The notes under the pieces were generated by a model, which had not been told where the DNA came from, did no database searches, and was given only the letters and a program-made list of their open reading frames with translations. From Candidatus Limnocylindrales bacterium (GTDB lineage: Bacteria; Chloroflexota; Limnocylindria; Limnocylindrales; CSP1-4), in assembly GCA_046599085.1 (NCBI GenBank), contig JBKJHI010000071.1, positions 1 to 61,291 on the forward strand: a stretch of 61,291 bases of DNA, given 5' to 3'. Below, piece by piece: positions 27,381 to 35,729 of the stretch (the first letter of the stretch is position 1; each line of letters begins with the position of its first letter). Position numbers and translations under genes: made by a program.

Positions 27381-28403
27381 TCAGCGGGATGCGCGATCTC
27401 GGCGGCCCTCCCGCGCGATGAGCCCGCCGAGCCAGGGGGTGGCATGGCGCTCGAACGCACCCGTCGAAAAGGCGTGACGAAGCGCCAGCAGATGAGCGAC
27501 GCGCGCCGCCGCCCGGCGAGCACCGACCGGCGCCTTGCCCAGGACTGCGAGCGCATCGATGGCGGCGAGTTCGGACGAGACTCGGAGCGCGTCATCCTCC
27601 TCGGGGGAGGCGGCGTCCGGCCATGGCGTGGCACCCAGGCGCTCCGCGCTGCCCGTCGCTGCCAGATCCGCCATGGCCCGGGCGTCGAGGACGACAAGGT
27701 CCGCCACGAGGTCTCGCACCGCTTCGGTCGCCGGACCGTGGCGCGGCTTGCCGACCGCGGCGTCCCAGCCACGCGTCAGGCGCTCGCTGGCCCGTTCGGC
27801 CCCAGCCTCCCCGAGCAGGTCGTCGAGCACCTCGGCGAGCACGATCGACGCCAGCCGCCCCTCGATGGCATCGCGGACCGCCGGTCGGGCGCGCTCCGTC
27901 TCCGGCAGGGCAGCCAGCGCCCGCCGGGCGGCGTCGTCGAGCGTCGCACCAAGGTCCGGTGGCACGAAGCGCCGGAGCGTCGCCAGGAACGCGATCGGCG
28001 CCGGCTCCGACAGCGCCAGGCGATCAAGCTCGTCGCGGCGCAGCCGGCGCACTCGAACCACGACCGTCTCGACGAGCTCGGCCATCGTCGGAGGACGGCG
28101 CGGGCGCCTGCGCGGGGCGGCGGTCCCCGCGTCCCTGCGCCAGCCGGTCGATGCGCCGGCCCATGGCGGGAGCGCCGGGCGACGAGCCTGGTCGTACCGT
28201 CGCCGCAGGTCCGGATCGCCGAGCCAGTCATGCGCCACGTTGATCCGCTTGGCCAGCGCCAACCCGGCGTCACCGGCGACGTCGGGGTGGTGTCGCCGCA
28301 GGAGTCCGCGCCAGGCGACCTCGATGGCCTCCGGGCTCGCGTCGTCGGGGACGCCCAGCGTGGCGTACAGGTCGTCGGCCGGGAGGTCGGGGCGTGGTGG
28401 CAT
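27381..28403 (-). CDS. J-domain protein without DnaJ G/F or zinc-finger regions
   Basis: N-terminal DLYATLGV...RRHHPDVAG (HPD present), followed by about 260 aa of unrecognised Ala/Arg-rich helical sequence. Confidence 0.7.
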   Translation of the reverse strand: MPPRPDLPADDLYATLGVPDDASPEAIEVAWRGLLRRHHPDVAGDAGLALAKRINVAHDWLGDPDLRRRYDQARRPALPPWAGASTGWRRDAGTAAPRRRPRRPPTMAELVETVVVRVRRLRRDELDRLALSEPAPIAFLATLRRFVPPDLGATLDDAARRALAALPETERARPAVRDAIEGRLASIVLAEVLDDLLGEAGAERASERLTRGWDAAVGKPRHGPATEAVRDLVADLVVLDARAMADLAATGSAERLGATPWPDAASPEEDDALRVSSELAAIDALAVLGKAPVGARRAAARVAHLLALRHAFSTGAFERHATPWLGGLIAREGRRDRASR

Positions 28404-28464
28404 GGCCCCGGAATGCTAGCCGCCCGCGCCGCCGCGGCGGCTATGCTGCGGTGCGCCGACGAAC

Positions 28465-29043
28465 GTGACCATGGCGCGCATGAGGGACATCGAGATGAGC
28501 TTCATCCAGCGAGCGCGGGAAGCGGCTGAAGCGGCGGCATCGAAGGCGCACGAGGCGGCGGCATCCGCCAACCGGACGGCGCTCCATCCGTCCACCGCAG
28601 CGCGGATCAATCGAGGCCTGGCCAATGCCGGTCAGGGGGCCCGTGAAGCCGCCGGTCTTGCGCGCAAGAGCATGCACACGATCATCGAGCGGATCGATCC
28701 GGGCACGTTGGCCGAGCTGATCATCAAGGCGACCGCCCTCCAGGAGAAGACGAACACGGCGCTGCGGGCGAAGGGCTCGCCCTACCGCATCTCCGAGATC
28801 TCCATCGCCGCGTCCATCCCGCCGGGTGTGACGTTCGCCATCGGACGGATCGACGGCGATCCCGAACCGGTCGGCGACGCCGTCGTGAGCTCCGCCGATC
28901 TCATGGACGCGGACCCCGAGGCTGGCGACGTCGTCCTGTCGCTCGACGGCCTGACAGTGGACGCCGGCGCGCTGGATGACCCTGGGGACGGCGGCCAGAC
29001 CGGGGCCATGCCACCGAGTTCGACCGCGCGCGAGGAGACCTGA
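28465..29043 (+). CDS. hypothetical protein (helical Ala-rich N-terminus, acidic C-terminus)
   Basis: 192-aa ORF divergent from the J-domain gene, with a 61-nt spacer. Codon usage is protein-like. I recognise no family. The start may be one of several ATGs in the first 12 codons. Confidence 0.5.
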   Translation: MTMARMRDIEMSFIQRAREAAEAAASKAHEAAASANRTALHPSTAARINRGLANAGQGAREAAGLARKSMHTIIERIDPGTLAELIIKATALQEKTNTALRAKGSPYRISEISIAASIPPGVTFAIGRIDGDPEPVGDAVVSSADLMDADPEAGDVVLSLDGLTVDAGALDDPGDGGQTGAMPPSSTAREET

Positions 29044-29050
29044 CCCCCGG

Positions 29051-30775
29051 TCAGCCGCCCTGGACCGACATGACTCCGGCCGCGAGGCGGCGCTCGACCT
29101 CGTCGATCGGCACGGTCGCTCGTTCGCCGGTCGCGCGCTCGGTAACCTCGATGCCGCCCGCGGCCAGCGAGCGCGGCGAGACCGTCAGGATCCAGGGCAT
29201 GCCCAGGAGCTCCGCGTCGGTGAACTTCACGCCGGGCGATTCGTCGCGGTCGTCCCACAGGATCTCGTGCCGCCGACCGGCATCCGCGGCCAGCGCGTGG
29301 AGGCGCTCGGCGATCTCCGCGACCCGCGGCTCCTTGTTCGTGCCGATCGACACGAGGTGCGCCGCGTAGGGGGCGACCTCCGCCGGCCAGACGATGCCCT
29401 TGTCGTCGTGATGCGCCTCGACGATGCATGCGACGCTGCGTCCGACGCCGATCCCGTACGAGCCCATGACGATGGGGTGCGCCTGGCCGTCCTCGCCGAG
29501 ATACGTCGCCCCGAAGGCGTCGCTGTACTTCGTCCCAAGCTTGAAGATGTTGCCGACCTCGATGCCGTTGCGCAGGATGACCGGGGCCCCGCAGCTGGGG
29601 CACGGATCGCCCGCCTGCGCGTTCGTCAGGTCGGCGGTGATGTCCGCCGTGAAGTCTCGACCGGCGTTCACGTTGCGATAGTGGTAGCCGACGCGGTTCG
29701 CGCCCGCAACGAGGTTCGGCGACCGCGCGACGAGGTCGTCGATGACGATCACCGTGTCGTGCGCCCCGATCGGTGAGCCGTAGCCGGGCTCCATGCCGGC
29801 AGCCTTGATCTCCTCGACCGTCGCCGGCCGGATCCCGCCGATGGCCTTGACCGCGTTCACGAGCTTCGTCTCGTTCACGTCGTGGTCGCCGCGAACGATG
29901 GCCGTCACCAGGCGTCCGTCACCGGTCTGGAAGAAGGCGGCCTTCGCCGTCCGCTCGGGCCCGACACCCAGGAACGCCGCGAGGGTGGCGATGGTCGTGG
30001 TCCCGGGCGTCTCCACCTCCTCGAGTTCGAGGACGTCCTCCGCGGCAGGGTCGGGCTTCGGGAGCACGGCGACCTGGCGGTTGGCCGCGTAGTCGCAGGC
30101 CTCGCACAGGACCAGCACGTCCTCGCCGGCGGGGTTGAGGACCATGAACTCGTGAGCCTGGCTGCCGCCCATCATCCCGACGTCTGAGCTGACGGCGACG
30201 GTCGGCAAGCCGAGTCGATCGAATGTCCGGACATACGCGCCGTACTGGGCCTGGTAGCTCAGGTCGAGCCCAGCGACATCGCGGTCGCAGCTGTACGCGT
30301 CCTTCATGACGAATTCGCGGACACGGATCAGGCCGCCACGGGCCCGCGGCTCATCGCGCCACTTCGTCTGGAAGTGGTAGACCTGCATCGGCAGCTGCCG
30401 GTACGAGCGGACGACATCGGCCAGCAGACCGCCGACGACCTCCTCGTGGGTCATCGCCAGGACCATGTCCCGACCATTGCGATCCTTGAAGCGGCCGAGC
30501 TCCGGGCCGATGGCGTCGTACCGCCCACTCGCCCGCCAGACGTCCGCCGGATGGACGACGGGCATCTCCATCTCCTGCCCGCCGATCGCGTCCTGCTCCT
30601 CGCGGATGACCTGCTCGACGCGGTCGCTCACCCGCTTGCCGAGCGGCAGGAGGGAATAGATCCCCGAGCCAAGCTGGCGGACATAGCCGGCGCGCAGCAG
30701 GAGGCGATGTGACGGCATCTCGGCGTCGGCCGGGTCGTCGCGGAGCGTGGTGAAGAAGAGGTGGGACAGTCGCAT
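29051..30775 (-). CDS. proS: proline--tRNA ligase (bacterial type with INS editing domain)
   Basis: 574 aa. MRLSHLFFTTLRDDPADAE, class II motifs (FKDRNGRD, YHFQTKWRDEPRARGGLIRVREF, GSYGIGVGR). Confidence 0.95.
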   Translation of the reverse strand: MRLSHLFFTTLRDDPADAEMPSHRLLLRAGYVRQLGSGIYSLLPLGKRVSDRVEQVIREEQDAIGGQEMEMPVVHPADVWRASGRYDAIGPELGRFKDRNGRDMVLAMTHEEVVGGLLADVVRSYRQLPMQVYHFQTKWRDEPRARGGLIRVREFVMKDAYSCDRDVAGLDLSYQAQYGAYVRTFDRLGLPTVAVSSDVGMMGGSQAHEFMVLNPAGEDVLVLCEACDYAANRQVAVLPKPDPAAEDVLELEEVETPGTTTIATLAAFLGVGPERTAKAAFFQTGDGRLVTAIVRGDHDVNETKLVNAVKAIGGIRPATVEEIKAAGMEPGYGSPIGAHDTVIVIDDLVARSPNLVAGANRVGYHYRNVNAGRDFTADITADLTNAQAGDPCPSCGAPVILRNGIEVGNIFKLGTKYSDAFGATYLGEDGQAHPIVMGSYGIGVGRSVACIVEAHHDDKGIVWPAEVAPYAAHLVSIGTNKEPRVAEIAERLHALAADAGRRHEILWDDRDESPGVKFTDAELLGMPWILTVSPRSLAAGGIEVTERATGERATVPIDEVERRLAAGVMSVQGG

Positions 30776-30949
30776 GACCGGACAAGGATAGCCGCGACGT
30801 GGCCGCGGGGCCGGTGCGTCTCGACCGAGTGCGGCGCGACGCCCCGCCGATCGGCCGTCGGCGCTAGCATCGACCGGACAGGTCCGCCCTCACCAGGTCC
30901 CCGGAGGTTCCCCCCCATCTCGCTCGACGGCGTCACCCTGACCCTTGCC

Positions 30950-31924
30950 GTGGTCATCGCCCTGGCCGTGATCTTCGACTACATCAATGGATTCCACGAC
31001 ACGGCAAACGCCATCGCCACGTCTGTGGCCACGCGCGCGCTGAGTCCGCGACTGGCGATCCTCATGGCGGCGGCGTTCAACTTCATCGGGGCGTTCGCCG
31101 GGACCGCTGTGGCCAAGACCATCGGGTCCGGGCTCGTGGACGAGGCGTCGACCACCCAGGCGGTGATCATGGCGGCCCTCGTCGGGGCGATCACCTGGAA
31201 CCTCATCACCTGGTACTACGGCATCCCGAGTTCGAGTTCACATGCGCTCATCGGCGGGTTGCTGGGCGCCACCGTGATCGCGGCCGGGACCGGCGCCCTG
31301 CGCATCGACGGGATCTTCGGCAAGGTCGTGATCCCGATGATCAGCTCGCCGCTCATCGGCTTCGTGGTGGCGTTCACCCTGATGCTGGCCCTGTACTGGA
31401 TCTTCCGCCGGGCGCGGCGCAAGCCGATGGCCCGGATCTTCCGTCGCCTGCAGATCATCTCGGCCGGCTACATGGCGTTCAGCCACGGCTCGAATGACGC
31501 CCAGAAGACGATGGGCATCATCACCCTGGCGCTCTTCTCGGCCGGCGTCATCCCCAGCGTCGATGTGCCCGTGTGGGTCATCGTCTTGTCCGCCACCGCG
31601 CTGTCGCTGGGCACCGCTGTCGGGGGCTGGCGGATCATGCGCACGATGGGCCATCGCGTCGTGGAGCTCGAACCGGTCAACGGGTTCGCGGCGGAGACGA
31701 CGGCGGCGACCGTCCTGATCGTGACGGCCCACCTGGGCATGCCGGTATCAACGACGCACGTCATCTCGAGCGCCATCATGGGCGTTGGCTCTGCCCGCGG
31801 GCCCAAGGGCGTCCGCTGGGGTGTGGCCCGGCGCATCCTGATGGCCTGGGTGATCACCATCCCGGCGACGGCCCTCGTGGCGGCCGTCACCTGGATCGTC
31901 CTGGATTTCCTGAGGATCGGATGA
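30950..31924 (+). CDS. pit: inorganic phosphate transporter, PiT family
   Basis: FDYINGFHDTANAIATSV and the second-half repeat AFSHGSNDAQKTMG. The start is uncertain: in-frame GTG 30950, or GTG 30761, which would overlap proS. A rare ATC at 30917 follows GGAGG. Confidence 0.85.
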   Translation: MVIALAVIFDYINGFHDTANAIATSVATRALSPRLAILMAAAFNFIGAFAGTAVAKTIGSGLVDEASTTQAVIMAALVGAITWNLITWYYGIPSSSSHALIGGLLGATVIAAGTGALRIDGIFGKVVIPMISSPLIGFVVAFTLMLALYWIFRRARRKPMARIFRRLQIISAGYMAFSHGSNDAQKTMGIITLALFSAGVIPSVDVPVWVIVLSATALSLGTAVGGWRIMRTMGHRVVELEPVNGFAAETTAATVLIVTAHLGMPVSTTHVISSAIMGVGSARGPKGVRWGVARRILMAWVITIPATALVAAVTWIVLDFLRIG

Positions 31925-31943
31925 ACGACGAGGAGTCGACGCG

Positions 31944-32561
31944 ATGACATTCCGCCTGCTGCCCAAGGACGCGCGCTTCTTCGAGCTGTTCGTCGCCGAC
32001 GGGGAGAACCTCCTGGCCGCTGCCGTGGCGCTGGAGTCGATGATGCTGGACTACGACCGCCTCGACGAGCGTGTGGCCGAGATCCAGGTCCTCGAGAAGC
32101 GCGGCGACCAGATCGACACCGAGATCAACCAGCGACTCGAGGATGCCTTCATCACGCCGTTCGACCGGGAGGACATCCACGACCTGACGGTCCGCCTGGA
32201 CGACGTCGTCGATGGGATCCAGGCCGTGGCCGAGACCCTCGTCATCTACGACATCAGCACCCCGACCGACGAGGCGCGCGAGCTGTCGCGGATCCTCGCT
32301 CGCCAGGCGCACCAGCTGGTCGAAGCGCTGCGCCGACTCGATGGTCTCAAGAACGTCGAGCCGTACCTGCACGCCGTCCATGAGCTCGAGCACGAGGCGG
32401 ATGGCCTCTCGCGCGCGGCGGTCGCGCGCCTGTTCCGCGATGGGACGGAGGCACTCGAGGTCATCAAATGGCGCGATCTGTACCGCGAGCTGGAGAACTC
32501 CATCGACGCGGCCGAGGACGCGGCCGAAGCCATCGAGAAGATGTATCACAAGGCGACGTGA
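31944..32561 (+). CDS. DUF47 / PhoU-like PiT accessory protein
   Basis: 205 aa. Starts MTFRLLPKDARFFELF, with FDREDIHDL and a four-helix repeat pattern typical of the DUF47 partner of PiT. Confidence 0.85.
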   Translation: MTFRLLPKDARFFELFVADGENLLAAAVALESMMLDYDRLDERVAEIQVLEKRGDQIDTEINQRLEDAFITPFDREDIHDLTVRLDDVVDGIQAVAETLVIYDISTPTDEARELSRILARQAHQLVEALRRLDGLKNVEPYLHAVHELEHEADGLSRAAVARLFRDGTEALEVIKWRDLYRELENSIDAAEDAAEAIEKMYHKAT

Positions 32562-32571
32562 TCGCCGCCGC

Positions 32572-33279
32572 CTACGAGCCCCTGGGGTCCGCCGGTCGCC
32601 GGAAGACGTAGCCCACGCCCCGGACCGTGTGCAGGTAGCGCGGGTGTCCCGGGTCGTCCTCGACCTGACTGCGCAACCAGTGGACATGGACGTCCACCGT
32701 GCGCGACTCGCCAGCGTAGTCGTAGCCCCACACGTGCTCCAGCAACTGGTCGCGCGTGAACACCTGGCCCGGATGCCTGATGAGGAATGCCAGCAACTCG
32801 AACGCCTTGGGCTTGACCGGCAGCGTCTCGCCGTCACGCAGCAGGCGGTGACCCGCGAGATCCGCCTGGACCCGACCCAGGTCCACGGTCAACGGGGTCG
32901 CCTCGGCCGCCACCACCTCGGACCTCCGGAACAGCGCCCGGATCCGCGCTGACAGCTCGCGCAGGGAGAACGGCTTCGTGACGTAGTCGTCGGCGCCGAG
33001 TTCGAGCCCCACGACCTTGTCCAGCTCGGAGTCCCTGGCCGTCAGCATCACGATCGGCACGCCCGATTCAGCCCGGATGATGCGCGTGACCTCGATCCCG
33101 GACAGCTCGGGCAGCATGAGATCCAGGAGGATGAGGTCCGGCCGCTCCCCCCGGAATCGCGCCAGGGCCTCGCGGCCATCGGCCGCGGCGATGACGCGGA
33201 ACCCGTCCGCCTCGAGCGCGTCCACCAGGGTCTCGCGCAGCGTCGGTTCATCCTCGACGACCAGGATCGTTCGTGCCAT
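32572..33279 (-). CDS. phoP: OmpR/PhoB-family response regulator, RegX3/PhoP-like
   Basis: 235 aa. The receiver domain carries LTARDSELDKVVGLELGADDYVTKPFSLRELSARIRALFRR, close to the mycobacterial RegX3 sequence as I recall it. C-terminal winged helix. Confidence 0.8.
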   Translation of the reverse strand: MARTILVVEDEPTLRETLVDALEADGFRVIAAADGREALARFRGERPDLILLDLMLPELSGIEVTRIIRAESGVPIVMLTARDSELDKVVGLELGADDYVTKPFSLRELSARIRALFRRSEVVAAEATPLTVDLGRVQADLAGHRLLRDGETLPVKPKAFELLAFLIRHPGQVFTRDQLLEHVWGYDYAGESRTVDVHVHWLRSQVEDDPGHPRYLHTVRGVGYVFRRPADPRGS

Positions 33280-33303
33280 CTCCCGCCATCATACGAACGA
33301 CTG

Positions 33304-33320
33304 TTAACGCACCGTTCGGG
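33304..33320 (+). promoter_or_regulatory. possible PHO-box-like direct repeat in the 52-nt region upstream of the response regulator gene
   Basis: TTAACG at 33304-33309 and TTCGGG at 33315-33320, 11 bp apart. The first hexamer is identical to the one upstream of pstS. Confidence 0.25.
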
Positions 33321-33331
33321 GAGGCGGAGTC

Positions 33332-34609
33332 CTAGCGGTAGCGCATCCGCTCGCTCACGGTGGTGAGGATCTTGTCCTCGAGCCTCGGTTGACGCTTGAG
33401 CATCTCGTTGAAGGCATCGACACCCAGGACGAACAAGTTCGCCTCGGTCGTCACGGTGGCCGTCGCCGTTCGAAGGCCGCCAAACACCAGCGCGATCTCC
33501 CCGAGGTAATCGCCGGGACCGAGCCGACGGAGCTCGCGGCCGTCTTGCGTGATCGAGATCGCGCCGTCCGCGATCACGAAGAACGCGTCACCCGCCGTCC
33601 CTTGTTCCGTCAGCACTTCGCCCGGCGCGGCGTGACGCTCGATGGCGACATCGGCGATCGCTGACAGGTCGCGGGCTGACAGGCCACCGAACAGGGGGAC
33701 TCGCGACAGTGCCTGGACTTTGGGGTCGGTCATGAGTTCGCGATTATAGCTACCGAGCCGGCGCATCCAGCCGCGCGGCCCGAGGACACCTGCGCCCGCA
33801 GCGATGACCAGGGCGATGCCTGCGACCTGGACGACCGACAGCGTATCGGCCCGGATGACCGCGCCCGCAAGGGCCGCGATCGCCGGTTCGAAGGCGAGGA
33901 GCAGACCGAATGTCGCCATCGAGAGCGTGCGCAGCGCCGTCATCTCGAGGGCGAAGGGGATGAGGGTCGACATGACGCCGGCGACGGCGAGGGCCACCAG
34001 AACGTTCGGGTCCCAGATCCCAGGCCGGCCGAGGATCAGCCCCATGGGCGTCTGCAGGAGCGCCACGATGATGAGAGCCAGCGCAAGACCGCTGAGTCCC
34101 TCGACCCGCTGGCTGACCAGCTTCCCGAAGACGATGTACAGCGCGAAGGATCCAGCGCCGGCCAGGGCGAACAGGATCCCGGTCGGCTCGACGCGACCCG
34201 AGACGTCGCCCGTGAGGCTGAGGACCAGCACGCCTGTCGTCGCGATGCCGACGAACACGAGGTCCAGTGGCGCTCGATGACCCCAGGCGGCGATGCCGAG
34301 CGGTCCGAGCATGAGGATCGCGCTCACGACCCCGAGCGGAGCCTGCGCGACCGCAAGGTAGGCGAAGCCGGTCAGGCCGGTCAGAGCCATGGCGTATGCG
34401 CCCACGGCGATCACCTGCTCACGCGTGAACACCCGCAAGTCCGGACGGATGTACAACGCGAGAAGGCCCGCTCCGACGAGACTCCGGATCCAGACCGCGC
34501 CCATCGGACCTGCCTCGTCGAAGGCGTTGGCAGCGACAGCCAAACCCACCTGCAGGCTGGTGCTCGAGGCCAGCACGAGTCCGGCCGGTCGCCACGACGA
34601 ACGCGTCAT
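33332..34609 (-). CDS. EamA/DMT-family transporter fused to a C-terminal cyclic-nucleotide-binding domain
   Basis: About 290 aa with 10 TM helices (two EamA halves), then a CAP_ED domain with the phosphate-binding cassette GEIALVFGGLRTATA. ATG overlaps the upstream aminotransferase stop (ATGA). Confidence 0.8.
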   Translation of the reverse strand: MTRSSWRPAGLVLASSTSLQVGLAVAANAFDEAGPMGAVWIRSLVGAGLLALYIRPDLRVFTREQVIAVGAYAMALTGLTGFAYLAVAQAPLGVVSAILMLGPLGIAAWGHRAPLDLVFVGIATTGVLVLSLTGDVSGRVEPTGILFALAGAGSFALYIVFGKLVSQRVEGLSGLALALIIVALLQTPMGLILGRPGIWDPNVLVALAVAGVMSTLIPFALEMTALRTLSMATFGLLLAFEPAIAALAGAVIRADTLSVVQVAGIALVIAAGAGVLGPRGWMRRLGSYNRELMTDPKVQALSRVPLFGGLSARDLSAIADVAIERHAAPGEVLTEQGTAGDAFFVIADGAISITQDGRELRRLGPGDYLGEIALVFGGLRTATATVTTEANLFVLGVDAFNEMLKRQPRLEDKILTTVSERMRYR

Positions 34610-35706
34610 CTGGCCGCTCTCGAATCAACGATGGCGCGTACGGCACGAACGGCACGACGAACGACGTCCGGGTCCCGGGCAAGGGCGATCCGCAGGTATC
34701 GCTCCCCTACCCGATGATGAGCCCAGTAGAACGGTCGACAAGGGACGGCGTGGACGCCCTCCCGAAGGAGCTGGCCCCAGAGGCTGGTGCTGGTCAAGCC
34801 CGGCTCCAGGCGGATCCGCGAGACGCTCGCGCGAGAGTCGCCGTCGGCGATCGCAGCCGACCGACACCCTTCGAGCTCTTCGGCGACGATGCGGCGGTTC
34901 GCCGCGATCATCGCGTGGAGGTGGTCCAGTCCGCCGACGGCCATGTCCAGGGCGAACCGCTCCACGACCGCGGCCGAAAACGGGGGTGCCGTGAGCAGGA
35001 TGTCCGAAGCGAGTTCAGTGATGTCGAGGCGCGTCGTCGCGCCCCACGCCAGGATCCCAAGCTTGATCCCGCCGATCGACCACAGCTTGCCCGTGTCCTC
35101 GACGACGACGTACTCGACGCCGGATCGATCGAGGACCTCGTAGGAGTCGAACTGGGCGCGCCGATCGAAGGCTCGAAAGCACTGGTCGATCACGAGCACG
35201 ACGCCTCGATCGGCGCAGGCGCTGGCCAGCCGAGCCAGCTGCGACTCGTTCCAGACCGTCCCGGTCGGGTTGTTCGGGCTCGCGGTGAAGACCGCCGTCA
35301 GATCATCGTGACCGTGCAGCGGGTCGGCCGATCGGAGCGACTGCTCAGACAGGGGCGTCAGTGCCAGGCCGCGACCGATCATGATGGCCGGGATGCAGTC
35401 GATGACCGGGTGGACCAAGCCCACGCGTCCACCACGACGGGCGATCGCTGCCACAGCGACGTCGATCGCGACGGTCGACGAATAGAAGCTGATGATCCGC
35501 CCGCTCGCGATGGGTGCGCGATGTTGGCCGAGAGCCCCGAAGAACGCGCTGTGGGCGCGCGTTTCGGTCGTCGAGAACGGTGTCGCCAATGCCGCCTGAA
35601 GGATGTCCGGAAAGTCATCCACGATCGACTGCTGGCTCGGCGTGAGCGCCATCCGGGGATAACCTTCGGCGACATTCGTGTCGCTTCCGACCCCGAGCAG
35701 CTGCAT
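34606..35706 (-). CDS. class I/II (fold type I) aminotransferase-like PLP enzyme
   Basis: 366 aa from ATG 35706 (alternative 35652). SPNNPTG motif, VIDQCF and a candidate PLP lysine in EDTGKLWSIGGIKLG. The raw ORF extends to 36255 with non-protein-like composition. Confidence 0.7.
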   Translation of the reverse strand: MQLLGVGSDTNVAEGYPRMALTPSQQSIVDDFPDILQAALATPFSTTETRAHSAFFGALGQHRAPIASGRIISFYSSTVAIDVAVAAIARRGGRVGLVHPVIDCIPAIMIGRGLALTPLSEQSLRSADPLHGHDDLTAVFTASPNNPTGTVWNESQLARLASACADRGVVLVIDQCFRAFDRRAQFDSYEVLDRSGVEYVVVEDTGKLWSIGGIKLGILAWGATTRLDITELASDILLTAPPFSAAVVERFALDMAVGGLDHLHAMIAANRRIVAEELEGCRSAAIADGDSRASVSRIRLEPGLTSTSLWGQLLREGVHAVPCRPFYWAHHRVGERYLRIALARDPDVVRRAVRAVRAIVDSRAAR

Positions 35707-35729
35707 CTGCGTGAGCGTCGTCGTCCCGC

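Noticed and set aside
30776-30949. PHO boxes upstream of pit, and likewise upstream of ppk at 9748-9924
   Set aside because: No TTAACG-type hexamers in 11-bp phase were found by eye. Only a short GAACG-tcag-CGTTC dyad lies near 9880, which is too weak to call.
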